From: Alphaproteobacteria bacterium
Lineage (GTDB): Bacteria > Pseudomonadota > Alphaproteobacteria > UBA828
Assembly (NCBI GenBank): GCA_965214705.1
Contig: CBDCCI010000001.1
Coordinates: 576,001-640,000, forward strand
Reading direction: 5' to 3'
DNA: 64,000 nt
The notes beneath the pieces are model-generated. The model did no database searches. It saw nothing but the letters and a program-made list of their open reading frames with translations, and was not told the DNA's origin. Positions 51,229 through 62,119 of the stretch are shown in pieces. Numbering within the stretch: position 1 is the stretch's first letter; each line of letters begins with the position of its first letter. The translations under genes were made by a program, and so were the position numbers.

Positions 51229-54200
51229 ATGACTGACATTCGCGCTTTGCTCACTCTGTTCGGGGCTGATCCGTCAACCTTGCGCCTGCTTGACGACGAG
51301 TGCCCGGAGCTCTTGCCCTACGCGACATTGATGACAGCACGCCGTAACGGCCAGAGCGATCTGGATGCGGTGGAGGCGGTGTACGAGTGGCAGGACGCGC
51401 CACTAGTCTTCTTGATCGACGCGGATTCTTTGGAAGGCGATAACCAGTTGCAACGTATCCGGCGACTGCTCGCGATGCGCGGGGACGCGCCCTATCTTGG
51501 CGTGATCGCGCCGGGCAGCCTTCGTGTGTATCGAATCGCCCTCGACAGGAAGTCCCCGCGGCAGGCTCGGGTAGGTTGGGAGGACGGAGAAGGCGCGAGG
51601 AGTACACTGTTTGCGCGGCTGGCCAACGAGCGTCCGAATGCCGCGATCACCCACTCGGGTTGGATTTCCAATGTCGTGCTGAGGCTGTTAAGCGGCTCGA
51701 TGACGACGCTCATCCATCTCGACGTCTCGCACGAGGATGCGATTTCGCTTGTCGGCCGCGCGTTGTTCACCCGGTTCCTGGGGGATCGAAATCTACTGCC
51801 TGAAAGCATGTCACAGCCTGGGACGGCGGAAAGTCTCTTCGACGACCGCTACATGGCGGAGCAGACATCGAAATGGCTCGACGACACTTTCAACGGCGAC
51901 CTGCTGCCGTTATCGGCGGACATATTTGGAAGGCTCCCGGAGCGGGGCTACCGTGTGTTGGGTGACATCCTCCGACGCGCCCCAGAAGGGCAATTGTTCC
52001 TCCGATGGGAAGAAAAATGGAGCAACCTGGACTTCGCTCACATCCCGGTCGGAGTTCTGAGTCAAGCGTACGAACTCTACTTGAGGGAACATGCGCCATC
52101 CAAGCAGAAGCGTGAAGGTGGCTACTTTACGCCCAGACCGATCGCCGAGTTGATGGTTCGAGCGTCCTTCCGCGCGCTGCAACGACGAAACGCAGGCAAG
52201 GCGGCCAAAGTCCTCGATCCGGCGGTCGGCGGAGGCATTTTTCTGCTGACGGCATTTCGCGAGCTCGTCGGGGAGCACTGGAGGGTCGATGGCAAGCGCC
52301 CGGGTACCGAAACGCTCAGGCGGATCCTCTACGAGCAAATCGTCGGTTTTGACATTAACGAGGCCGCATTGCGGTTCTCTGCGCTGGGATTGTATCTGCT
52401 TTCCATCGAGCTAGACCCCAACCCACGGCCGGTCGACAAGCTGCGATTCGGCGATCTCCGCAAGACGGTTCTGCATCAAGTCAAGAGAGTGGAAGAAGTG
52501 GAGCGGAAGGCGCTCGGCAGCCTAGGACCCCATGTAGGAGACGAGCATAAGGCCCGATACGACCTCGTAATCGGAAACCCCCCTTGGGCAAGCGGGACCA
52601 TGCTGCCCGAATGGAATCGCGTCCTCCGATTGATCGCACATATTGCGGCGGACAGGGGAATCGCAAACAAAGCACCGCCTCTACCGAACGAAGTGCTCGA
52701 TTTGCCTTTCGTGTGGCGGGCAATGCAGTGGGCGAAGCCAGACGGCCAGATTGCCTTCGCACTGCACGCCCGTCTGCTTTTTGCGCAAGGCGACGGGATG
52801 CCGGCCGCGCGCCAGGCATTGTTCGAAGCACTGGACGTCACGTCGGTGGTGAACGGTGCCGACTTGAGGCAAACGAAGGTATGGCCGCATGTCTTGGCAC
52901 CTTTCTGCATTCTGTTCGCCACAAACAGAATACCCGGTGCCGAAGCAGGCTTTAGGGTCATCAGTCCGCGGATCGAGGACTCGCTAAACAAGGCCGGCGG
53001 CATGCGCATCGATACGATCAACGCGGAAGTCGTGGCTTCTCGGCAACTTGTCGAGACCCCTGAGATACTGAAGGTACTGTTCCGAGGATCGAAGGCCGAT
53101 CTAGGAGTCCTGGAACGGATTCGCGCTGTGGGGCACCCGACACTGTACGACTACTGGAAGGAGAGTTTCGGGCTTGGAGCAAACGGCCGTTTACGAGGGA
53201 GCGGGAACGGTTATCAGACGCTTAGACCAACTAGTCGCGTCCGTCGGCACGGAGATGGCCTGCCCGGCGTAGATGCGAGTTATCTGCACGGGCGACCCCA
53301 GATCACGAAGGGACCATTCACCAGACTCTTGATTGACAGCTCGTTGCTTGACCTCTTTTCGCATGAGCGAATTCACGATCCACGGTCCATCGACCTGTTT
53401 GCCGGACCGCAAGCCATTCTCCATGAGTCCCCACCCAAGTCGACGGCGCGAATTAGCGTAGCGGTGTCCGACGAAGGGGTCGTCTACAACACCAGCTTCC
53501 ACGGATATTGTCCCGGAGCGCATCCCGATGCGGCGCTGATCGTTCGTTATCTCGCATTGGTTCTAGGTAGCAAGTTGGCGATCTGGTTCGCGCTTGTTAC
53601 CAGCGGACGGTTCGGCGTCGAAAGAGACGTCGTCGAAAAGATTGCACTCGATCGTCTTCCGTTGCCCCACTTCGACCAACTCACGCCCCTACAGCGAGAA
53701 GAAATCGGACGTCTTACCGAGGGCTTGGACTCGGGAAAGATGTCGTGGGAAGACGTGGACGAGTGGGTGATGCGCTTGTACGGCCTCGGTAAACGAGATT
53801 TGCAAGTCGTTTTCGATACGTTGGAGTTCAACCTGCCGTACCCCAAGAACAAGCGGAACGCGCAAGCGCCGCCGAGTGCCGAGGAGAGGGCACGGTTTTG
53901 CGATGTCCTTCGAGACGAGCTGAAGCCTTGGTGCAACAGGTTTGGTTCGCGGCTGGCCGTGTATCAAATTCCGCCGCCGACCATGGCGCCGTGGCAAGCC
54001 ATCGCAGTTAGGACAGGGCCCGGTCACATAACGGAGACGGTTTCCGAGGATGATTGGGCAGGCCTGCTGAGAGCCGCCGACGAGGCGGCCGCTTCCGAAA
54101 TCCTTGTCGATAACGGACCGGACGGACTTCTGATAGGACGGCTTGCCCAAAGACGCTATTGGAGCATGACCCAAGCGTGGCAGCTTGCACAGCGGATTGC

Positions 54201-54243
54201 ATGGTCCCACGTTGAGTTGTTCAAGCGGCACGCCAACGCATGA
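51229..54243 (+). CDS. Large N6-adenine DNA methyltransferase (type IIG/Eco57I-like architecture)
   Basis: GYFTP, VLDPAVGGGIFL (motif I), GFDIN, IGNPPW (motif IV), long C-terminal TRD-like region. Confidence 0.88.
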   Translation: MTDIRALLTLFGADPSTLRLLDDECPELLPYATLMTARRNGQSDLDAVEAVYEWQDAPLVFLIDADSLEGDNQLQRIRRLLAMRGDAPYLGVIAPGSLRVYRIALDRKSPRQARVGWEDGEGARSTLFARLANERPNAAITHSGWISNVVLRLLSGSMTTLIHLDVSHEDAISLVGRALFTRFLGDRNLLPESMSQPGTAESLFDDRYMAEQTSKWLDDTFNGDLLPLSADIFGRLPERGYRVLGDILRRAPEGQLFLRWEEKWSNLDFAHIPVGVLSQAYELYLREHAPSKQKREGGYFTPRPIAELMVRASFRALQRRNAGKAAKVLDPAVGGGIFLLTAFRELVGEHWRVDGKRPGTETLRRILYEQIVGFDINEAALRFSALGLYLLSIELDPNPRPVDKLRFGDLRKTVLHQVKRVEEVERKALGSLGPHVGDEHKARYDLVIGNPPWASGTMLPEWNRVLRLIAHIAADRGIANKAPPLPNEVLDLPFVWRAMQWAKPDGQIAFALHARLLFAQGDGMPAARQALFEALDVTSVVNGADLRQTKVWPHVLAPFCILFATNRIPGAEAGFRVISPRIEDSLNKAGGMRIDTINAEVVASRQLVETPEILKVLFRGSKADLGVLERIRAVGHPTLYDYWKESFGLGANGRLRGSGNGYQTLRPTSRVRRHGDGLPGVDASYLHGRPQITKGPFTRLLIDSSLLDLFSHERIHDPRSIDLFAGPQAILHESPPKSTARISVAVSDEGVVYNTSFHGYCPGAHPDAALIVRYLALVLGSKLAIWFALVTSGRFGVERDVVEKIALDRLPLPHFDQLTPLQREEIGRLTEGLDSGKMSWEDVDEWVMRLYGLGKRDLQVVFDTLEFNLPYPKNKRNAQAPPSAEERARFCDVLRDELKPWCNRFGSRLAVYQIPPPTMAPWQAIAVRTGPGHITETVSEDDWAGLLRAADEAAASEILVDNGPDGLLIGRLAQRRYWSMTQAWQLAQRIAWSHVELFKRHANA

Positions 54244-54950
54244 GAGGTCAAACGGTTCGGCCTCGACAGGACCAAGTCGCGGCGCTGACCCGCGGCGTTC
54301 GGCTGCCGCTGGCGCCTATCGAGGACGAACATCTCAAAATACTGGCAGAAGGCTTGCAGCGTGCGTTCCATGACGTTCGCGAGCACGAGCCGGACACAGT
54401 CTCCTCTGGCGGAGAGGCGGAAGTGACTGCGTTGATGCAGGCGCGCCTGAACGGGCTGATCCAAGAGGACTCTCTTTGGCGTCAGCTCGTCCTTTGCGTC
54501 GTACGTGGAGCGGAGAGTATCAGTTTCGACGGCGCTCACCTTGAGAAACGCCCAGACCTCTCGATCGTCCTTTCAAGCGCAGACCGGCGCTTTCCCCTAA
54601 TTGCCGAGGCGAAAATTCTCGACGCCGGGGCGTCGAAGACAACAAAACTGTATTGTGAGAATGGGCTTCGGCGATTCGTGCTGGGCGACTATGCGTGGGC
54701 CAACCGCGAAGCATTCATGATCGGCTACGTTCGGGATGGGTCGATGATCGATCCGGCACTCACGGCCTTTTTGTCGAAAGCAGCAGTTTCGGATCCTGAC
54801 CGCTACTTGCTCGAATCGCTTCCCGTCCCTGTTCCGACAAGCCCTTTCGACTTGGCGTACACACGCCATGACCGAAGTTTTGTCTACGGCAACCAAGAAC
54901 CGCCGAATAACCCCGGGCCCATTTCCCTCTGGCATTTGTGGCTAGCGTAG
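54240..54950 (+). CDS. Putative PD-(D/E)xK nuclease, translationally coupled to the MTase
   Basis: ATGA overlap; E..T helix, RPDL, IAEAK, YC.NG..RF..G.YA, MIGYV. Confidence 0.7.
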   Translation: MRGQTVRPRQDQVAALTRGVRLPLAPIEDEHLKILAEGLQRAFHDVREHEPDTVSSGGEAEVTALMQARLNGLIQEDSLWRQLVLCVVRGAESISFDGAHLEKRPDLSIVLSSADRRFPLIAEAKILDAGASKTTKLYCENGLRRFVLGDYAWANREAFMIGYVRDGSMIDPALTAFLSKAAVSDPDRYLLESLPVPVPTSPFDLAYTRHDRSFVYGNQEPPNNPGPISLWHLWLA

Positions 54951-55147
54951 GCAGACTGGAGGGCTACCTCAGTCAATCCGACGGTTGGCCGAACGCGAAA
55001 GGATTACCTAGACTCGTGCCGCTTCATCGTCCACCTCCTCCGACCAGCTACTGTCGTCTTGCTCATCCACCTCGTACGGATCAATGTCTGCCGCCACCTC
55101 TTCGTGTACAGCATTCCCGCTGTTAACGGGCCTTGTGCCGTACGCTT

Positions 55148-56826
55148 GGGTGTAGGTCTGGCATGGCGATCGTAAGTCATTGATTTAGCGCGATTGGCGG
55201 GTGGCCGTAGGCAGCCAGAATCGGGTTTTCGTGACAATCGGCCGGTGCAGGGCCGGATTTTGTCACAACGGCGGCATCCAGCAGTGGTGGGTGGGAACGC
55301 TCCGCACCGCGAGATGCGGTAGGATGCCGCGCCGACAACCCAACATCAGACCCAACATCAGGAGCGTTCCCATGCCAGTGTCGCAGTCTCTCATCGCCTC
55401 GTCCATCGACCTTTTGGGCCTGCCTGCCGAAGTCGCCGAAGCGGTCGCCCAGGTGGTGGAGTTCTGTCGCGAACAGGCTGGGTCTGACCCGTCTGCCGAG
55501 ACGTTCGAAACGGTTGAGACGGGGCTGCGGGACGCCATGAACGGCTTGGGTTGCAAGCTCCTTGGGGCCTTCGCCGAGAGCCGCGACGACGGTGCGAGCC
55601 GGATCGAGCGCGACGGACAGAGCTGGGTCCGGGTGGCGGCGACGCCGAAGACGATCATGACGACGCTCGGTCCCGTGACCTATCGGCGTGCGCGCTATCG
55701 CAGCGGCGCGAGCAGCACGTCGCTGGTGCCGGTGGACGAGAGCCTGGGCCTCATCGACGACTACCTGACGCGGCCGGCGGCGCAGCTCGGGCTGATGATG
55801 ATGGGCCACTGTACGCCGCGTGAAGCGGAGGAGTTCTTCGCGAAAATGGGCGGAATGACGCCGTCGGTGAGCACGCTGCAGCGCCTGGCCCTGAGCATGC
55901 ATGAGCACTGGGAGAGCGTCGCCCCGGAGACGCTGGCCAGCATCCGTGAAACCCAGGGCATACCGCCCGATGCGGTCACCGCGTCCGTCTCCCTTGACGG
56001 CGTCATGGTGGCGCTGCGGGCCGGCGAGGACGGCCGTGCCGAGGCGTGCTGGCGCGAGGCCTCTTGCGGCACGGTCTCCTTCCACGACGCCGAGGGCCAA
56101 CGGCTGAAGACCCTCTATCTCGGCCGTATGCCCGAGAGCGGCAAGGCCGCGCTGAAAGCGCAACTTGCAAGCGAGGTCGCCCATATCCGCCGTGTGAGCC
56201 CGAAGATCAGGATCGGCGCCGTCGCCGACGGGGCCGCCGACAACTGGACCTTCCTCGAAAGCCTCTCGCCCGAGACCGAGGTCATCGACTTCTGGCACGC
56301 TTGCGAGCATCTCCGCGTGGCCTCTGACCATGCGGTGGCGCGCCACTGGTTCGAGAAGCACCGCGAAATCCTGCGCCACGACCCCCGCGGCGTCGACAAG
56401 GTGATCCGGGCACTGCGCTACCTCCTGGACAGGGCAAAGGGGGACCCGGCCGAGATCGAGCGCGAGCTGGCCTTCTTCCGAAAGCACCGCCATCGGATGC
56501 GCTACCACGCCCTGAAGGAAGAGGGCATCGCCATCGGCTCGGGTGTGGTCGAGGCGGCCTGCAAGACCCTCGTCGCGCAGCGCTTGAAACGCTCGGGCAT
56601 GCGCTGGCGGATCGACGGCGGGCAGGCGGTTCTGACCTTCCGCGCCCTGATCAAATCCGGCCTCTTCGACCGGGCATGGGATGCGCTCATGGACGCCCGA
56701 TCCGGACCAGCTAACGACAACATCAGCCCAACCGAAGTCCTGGCACTCGCTGCTTGACCAAAATGAACCAGCCCATATCCTTTAGCGCCATCACGACTGG
56801 CATATCGCCATACGAGAATCACACCC
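55148..56826 (+). mobile_element. ISKra4/ISLre2-like (Mutator-related) insertion sequence
   Basis: Imperfect IR GGGTGT....CT.G.ATGGCGAT, 8-bp TSD GTACGCTT. Confidence 0.85.
55372..56757 (+). CDS. ISKra4-like DDE transposase
   Basis: LDG, ADGA..NW, DFWHA.E.L, IGSGVVEAACK..QRLKRSGMRW. Confidence 0.88.
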   Translation: MPVSQSLIASSIDLLGLPAEVAEAVAQVVEFCREQAGSDPSAETFETVETGLRDAMNGLGCKLLGAFAESRDDGASRIERDGQSWVRVAATPKTIMTTLGPVTYRRARYRSGASSTSLVPVDESLGLIDDYLTRPAAQLGLMMMGHCTPREAEEFFAKMGGMTPSVSTLQRLALSMHEHWESVAPETLASIRETQGIPPDAVTASVSLDGVMVALRAGEDGRAEACWREASCGTVSFHDAEGQRLKTLYLGRMPESGKAALKAQLASEVAHIRRVSPKIRIGAVADGAADNWTFLESLSPETEVIDFWHACEHLRVASDHAVARHWFEKHREILRHDPRGVDKVIRALRYLLDRAKGDPAEIERELAFFRKHRHRMRYHALKEEGIAIGSGVVEAACKTLVAQRLKRSGMRWRIDGGQAVLTFRALIKSGLFDRAWDALMDARSGPANDNISPTEVLALAA

Positions 56827-59131
56827 GTACGCTTGCCGATATGTTCGTACCCAGACAATCATTTCCTCGTCCATGCGCTTCAGCTCGTCGCGCCAACGAC
56901 TTACAAGCTCCGGTTCCGCACCCCGAACGTCCGCAATTGGCCTATCATCGTCTCCACGGGTAGCCAACAAGGCATCAAATGCCTCGCTGAGGTTTTCTAT
57001 CGCGCCGTCAAGATCATTCTGTGCACTAACGTACCGATCTAGTGGCGTGTTACCAGGGTCTTGGGCTTTCCGTGCCTTTCCAGGAGGCGGAAACGTGTTC
57101 CGGAGATAAATGTCGCTGATAGTCTGATCACCAGACCCATCAGACAGAGACTTAACATTTCCATTCTCATCCACTGCACGAATTGGCTGCTCGTTGGCAT
57201 AGTCCTGAACTGCCTGGCCGAACTGATAGATCCCCTGCGGATTGCGTCGCATGGCATCCAGCACTTCCCCGGGAGTACGCCGATCCGGCTGCTCGTTACC
57301 CGCGGATCCCCTATCGGCATTCAACCTGCCAGAAACAACCAGCGGATAGGACGCCCGGACCGCGAGTTCCACGGTCGATGGTCCTGGGTCTTCGGTTGCA
57401 TGGGTGCCAATCCATGCTTGCAACTCGGTCAGAGCGGCCTTTTGGAGTTCTGCGTTCGACCGCCCGGTAGGTTCCCAGTCATGAACACGAACAAACTTGC
57501 CGAACGAATGACGGAGATATCGCCGAACCTGATCCACCTTGCTCGGCTCATCAGCAACCGCACGGAGTATCAGCACAGTAGCAAGGTCATGCATTAGTTT
57601 GGAAGTGATACGTTTGCGGGTGGATTGGCTGGTCACCGCCACGCGAATGGCGTAGTCCACCCGCTCGTCATGGTTAGTGAAGAGATGGACAATTCGTGCC
57701 GCCCGCAACACGGGATCGTCCGGAAGGTGTGCAGCCTTTGCCTCGGCCTGAGTACACGATCCAGCAAGATATGCATACTCAGTCGAAGAGATAAGATCAC
57801 GCCGATACAACTCGGCAAGCACCTCGTCTGCAAGCGATTCGTATTCAGGCCCGTCACCCCAAGGCTTCGGAGGATCAACGTGGCGCAATGCTACGAGCGA
57901 CTTCACTGCCGTCGGAAATTGGGCCGAGGATTGTGGATGAGGCAAGAACCCAACAATAATCAGCGCCGGTATGCGCTCACAACGAAGAGCGATGCTTTCA
58001 CTCTCATCCGGTCCACGCTCGTGAGTCTTATTCAGCTTTCGGATGTGAGCACGCAGTTTCGACTCATTGTCGTCGTAAGGAACATCACTCGATCGGATTT
58101 GCAGCAGGTCGTGAACACACGTAGTCCGCGAAGAGCCCTCCGCTGTAGTCAATGCCGTCACCGCCGCAGATCCGTCCTCGTGCTGATATGTCGTAGCAAC
58201 CACCCAGACGGCCTCCATTACCCCCTGGGACGCGATCGACCTGCGCCAGTCATTCTCAGCGAGTACGTATCCGGCTGCATGTTGCGCAGCCCATGTCAGA
58301 TGGTGCCGGCTCTCGATATCCACCACGAGCTCGCCCTTGTTCGGCTCCTCGGAGTCAAACGGACGAGCTTCCGGGACTGGCCTAAACTTGGAATCTTCAC
58401 CACCGGTCCCGGGTTCAATCGCGAACGGGTGACGGCGTGAAGGAAGCGTTCTCGGGTTGCGGGGGTCGGGCATGATGCGGCGCGCCCAGACACTGGTCCG
58501 AACCCCCAGTAACGTACCGCCGGGAACCGGAATCTTCTCCGCTTCTGGATCCGCGGGGTCACCTATTGATTTCCGTACGTCAGTCGGGTCAACGACAGCG
58601 TTGGCTATCGCCGAAGCGGAAACATCGGACAAGCCGAAGGCGTCAACCAGCCGTGCCGCCAAGCTATGGCGTGACCTCGCGTTTGCGTATTCTGGTAGGC
58701 TCTCTACTGGACGCGGGATGACGTGCGGTTCATTCGTGTACTTATTCATGACTCCTCCAGATTTCGCGTCCCACACAGTCTCGTTCGTAGGACGATGAAA
58801 CAACGGTGCGAAGCAGGGGACCGCCTACGGCAGCCCCCTGCTCGCTAGTCGAACGAGGAACTACGACCTCATCTTGCGCCGCAGTTGGGCATGAAAGTTC
58901 TTGAACGAAGCCGCTACGCGGAGTTAGCGGCGTAGAGTTCATTCATTTCCGAGGCGTCGCGGGTGCCGTTTGTTCTGTGCGTTCGCTTCCCGGTTGCGTC
59001 AGTGGCGCTCCGCCCGTCGGGTGGCGGATCCCCAGCAGCCTCCCGATCACCAGTGGTTAGCATCGACCCCTGCGACGGACCGTCGCCGGATCGGTCCGGC
59101 GGCGCGCCGTCGCGATCCAGGGAGATCGATA

Positions 59132-60010
59132 ATGACCGGGACCGCGTGCGACACGAACACCGTCACCCCTCTTCGCCAGCGCATGGAGGAGCAGCTCCGC
59201 ATCGCCAATCTGGCCGCGAGCACGTCCAAGGCCTACATCTGCGAGATCAAGAACCTGGCCAGGTACTACGACGCCTCGCCGGACGAGCTCGACGCCGAGC
59301 AGGTGCGCCAGTGGTACCTGGGGCGGATCGACAAGGGGCTCAGTCCGGGCACGACCAACGTCTCCTTCGCCGCGCTGAACTTCCTCTACATCGACACACT
59401 CGGCTGGCCTGACCATGTCGCCGGCCTGCGCTCCCGCAAGAAGCCCGGCAAGCTGCCGCGCTACATGTCGGAGCAGGAGGTCGAGCACCTCATCCTTGCG
59501 ACACCCGACCTCCGCCACCGTGCTGCCATTGTCACCGGCTATGGCGGCGGGCTCCGCATCTCCGAGACCTTGGCCATCAAGGTCGGCGACATCCTGTCGG
59601 AGAAGAAGCTGCTGCACATCCCCTCCGGCAAAGGCGGCACCGAGAGAATGGCACCGTTGCCGGACATCGTCATCCACTACTTGCGCGTCTACTACAGGAA
59701 CATCTGGCCGCGTCCGACGAGCTGGCTCTTCTACGGCGTCTCGCTCGACAGGCCCATCGCAACGGAGACCTTGCAGGCCGCCTTCAGGAGGGCGCGCGAC
59801 ATTGCCGAGCTCGACCGCAGCTACACCTTCCATTGCCTGCGCCATTCGGCGGCGACCCATCTCCTCGAGCGCGGCGGCGATATCGAGGTGATCCGGGACA
59901 TGCTCGGCCATCGAAGCGCGAACACGACCCGTCACTACGCCCGCGTCACCGGCAAGATGTTCGAGGGCCTCGACCACCCGATCTCAGGCTTCGCAGCGTT
60001 GCGCAACTGA
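59132..60010 (+). CDS. Tyrosine recombinase of element type B, copy 2
   Basis: Same as 7942-8820 except one N/S change seen in the translations. Confidence 0.92.
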   Translation: MTGTACDTNTVTPLRQRMEEQLRIANLAASTSKAYICEIKNLARYYDASPDELDAEQVRQWYLGRIDKGLSPGTTNVSFAALNFLYIDTLGWPDHVAGLRSRKKPGKLPRYMSEQEVEHLILATPDLRHRAAIVTGYGGGLRISETLAIKVGDILSEKKLLHIPSGKGGTERMAPLPDIVIHYLRVYYRNIWPRPTSWLFYGVSLDRPIATETLQAAFRRARDIAELDRSYTFHCLRHSAATHLLERGGDIEVIRDMLGHRSANTTRHYARVTGKMFEGLDHPISGFAALRN

Positions 60011-60016
60011 CGGCGC

Positions 60017-61258
60017 GTGGAGGCCGAACGCGCGGGCGTGGCGGAGATCTTCCGCCGCGCCGGCGCCGCTTTCCGTGAGCGCCACAAAGGGCGCATCGAC
60101 GCCGCCCGGCTCAAGGTCATGGGCGCCATCGAGGCGTGCCGCACCGCCGTGCTCGGCGGCCACATGTACGCCTGCGAGGGCTGCGGGCGCGAGCATCCGC
60201 TCTTCAACTCCTGCCGCAACCGCCACTGCCCCACCTGCCAGGGTCTCGCCGCCAACCTCTGGAGCGAGGAGCGCGCCGGGGACATCCTGCCGGTGCCCTA
60301 CTTCCATGTGGTCTTCACCCTGCCCAAGGAGGTTGCCGCCATTGCCTTCTGCAACCGCAGGGTGGTGTTCGACATCCTCTTCCGGGCCGTCGCCGAGACC
60401 CTGCGCACCATCGCCGCCGATCCCCGCCACGGCGGCATGCGCATCGGCGGCACCGCGGTCCTCCATACCTGGGATCAGAAGCTCCGCTTCCACCCGCACC
60501 TGCACGTGGTCGTGCCCAACGCGGGCTTCGACGTAGACAGTGGCGAGTGGAAGACGGGGAGCACCACCTTCCTCGCCCCCGTCAAGGTCCTCGGCAGCCT
60601 GTTCCGCCGCCTCTTCCTCAAGGAGCTCGCCCGCGCCCACGGCCGGGGGGACCTGGAGTTCCACGGCACCCTCGCCCACCTCGCCAATCCCGGCGAGTTC
60701 CACGCCACGCTTGCCGCCGCCCGGGCCAGGGACTGGGTGGTCTACGCCAAGCGGCCCTTCCGCGGGCCTGAGCAGGTCTTCCGGTACCTCTCGCACTACA
60801 CGCACAGGATCGCCATCTCCGACAGCCGCATCGTCTCCTTCGACGGCGAGACGGTCTCCTTCCGCCACCGAAAGCCCAAGGCGCCGGGGCAGAGAAAGCC
60901 GCGCTACGGCATCGCCACCGTGAGCGCCGACGAGTTCATCCGCCGCTTCCTGAGGCACGTCCTGCCGGACGGCATGCACCGCATTCGCTACTTCGGCATC
61001 CTCGCCAACGGCTGCCGCGCCAGCACGCTGGAGAGAGCACGCCAGGCTCTCGGCGCCCTCGGCTGCGCCGCCCCCGAGGGAAGCGTGGACGGCGCTCAGG
61101 CCGAGCCCGACGAAGAGCCCGAGATCGGCACCGCGCCCGTGGCCTGCCCCCACTGCGGCGGCGTCATGCGCCTCGTCCGCGAAATCCGCCGCCGCCATGA
61201 GCCCCGCTCGACGCGCGGCCCGCCGGCGCTGCCGCCGACCCACAGGGGGAAACCGTGA
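60017..61258 (+). CDS. IS91-family rolling-circle transposase (intact)
   Basis: SCRNRHCPTC, HPHLH, YLSHY, HRIRYFG, terminal CPHC. Confidence 0.93.
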   Translation: MEAERAGVAEIFRRAGAAFRERHKGRIDAARLKVMGAIEACRTAVLGGHMYACEGCGREHPLFNSCRNRHCPTCQGLAANLWSEERAGDILPVPYFHVVFTLPKEVAAIAFCNRRVVFDILFRAVAETLRTIAADPRHGGMRIGGTAVLHTWDQKLRFHPHLHVVVPNAGFDVDSGEWKTGSTTFLAPVKVLGSLFRRLFLKELARAHGRGDLEFHGTLAHLANPGEFHATLAAARARDWVVYAKRPFRGPEQVFRYLSHYTHRIAISDSRIVSFDGETVSFRHRKPKAPGQRKPRYGIATVSADEFIRRFLRHVLPDGMHRIRYFGILANGCRASTLERARQALGALGCAAPEGSVDGAQAEPDEEPEIGTAPVACPHCGGVMRLVREIRRRHEPRSTRGPPALPPTHRGKP

Positions 61259-62119
61259 GACGCCCGCTCGCTTCGGCCCCGCGCAACGGCGCCAAAGCGC
61301 CGACGCACGACCGAACCTGTCTCCGCTTGAGCCGGGCTGACAGCCCTCGGCTCACACCCCGCTCAGTCCTCGCAGCGTGCGCCCGCATGCCTGCCGAAAG
61401 ACCGGCGCGAGCGTCGATTTTATGCGCAACTCTGCTGCCGGTGGATGCCGCCTGACGCTGACATCAGCGCACTTTCCACATAGCTCAACTTCGCCTCTCG
61501 TGGCCCGCGGCTTCGTTCAAAAGGGTTGGGCAGGCTCTCGAGAGAGAGCCTGCCCAACCCTTAACCTTGATCGCGCGGGAGTCGGAAGGCGTGTCAGGCG
61601 CAAACACAACGCCTTCCATGTTTGGGTGTTCGAACCGCCAATGACCGCCACGGGTCTTGGTCGCGATGAACCCCTGCCGCTCAAGCTGGCGGCGGACTTC
61701 TTTCATTTCGGAACTGGCTGACATTCCTGTCTCCTTGGCTGGCGGCCAAATCGCCAATCGACCTCGGCCGCAACGTGAGTTGACCAACCGAGGTGCCAAG
61801 GAGACGGGGTCTCCGTGCGCATCCTCCTTCCGCTTGCTAGGTAAGACCCAGCGTCACCGAAGGCGGCAACAGCTGCGATGTGACCCTCCCAAGACGTACA
61901 CGAGCGCTGGGTTCATCCAGCAAATCGCGCGTAGCCGCCCCTCATCGCCAATGATGGGGTGGAAGACCGCGAACAGCTGCGTCGCGGTTAGGAGGAGTAT
62001 CGAGGAATGCGGCGGCAACGTCAACCCTGATTCGTGGGAGGCTGGTGGCCGCGCATCTCAAGTGTCGTCGATGTCGAGCGTTACCCCGCTTGGCGGGGCC
62101 AGATCGCATCGGCAGAGAT

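Larger units (their letters stand above)
55008..58749 (-). pseudogene. 684-aa ParB/Srx-like protein, acidic tail cut off by an IS (pieces 56827-58749 and 55008-55139)
   Basis: DPRNPR, SIASQGV.EAV and EGSSR ParB-like motifs; the frame is restored across the TSD. Confidence 0.65.
58901..61566 (+). mobile_element. Tyrosine recombinase + IS91 transposase element (type B, copy 2, intact)
   Basis: Starts TTGAACGAAGCCGC; inverted copy at 61507-61520, then a long hairpin and TTAACC|TTG target. Confidence 0.93.
58861..61724 (-). pseudogene. 65-aa HicA-like gene split by the type B element (pieces 61567-61724 and 58861-58900)
   Basis: Rejoined: MSASSEMKEVRRQLERQGFIATKTRGGHWRFEHPNMEGVVFAPDTPSDSRAIK-NFHAQLRRKMRS*, with AGGAG RBS. 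Confidence 0.78.
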
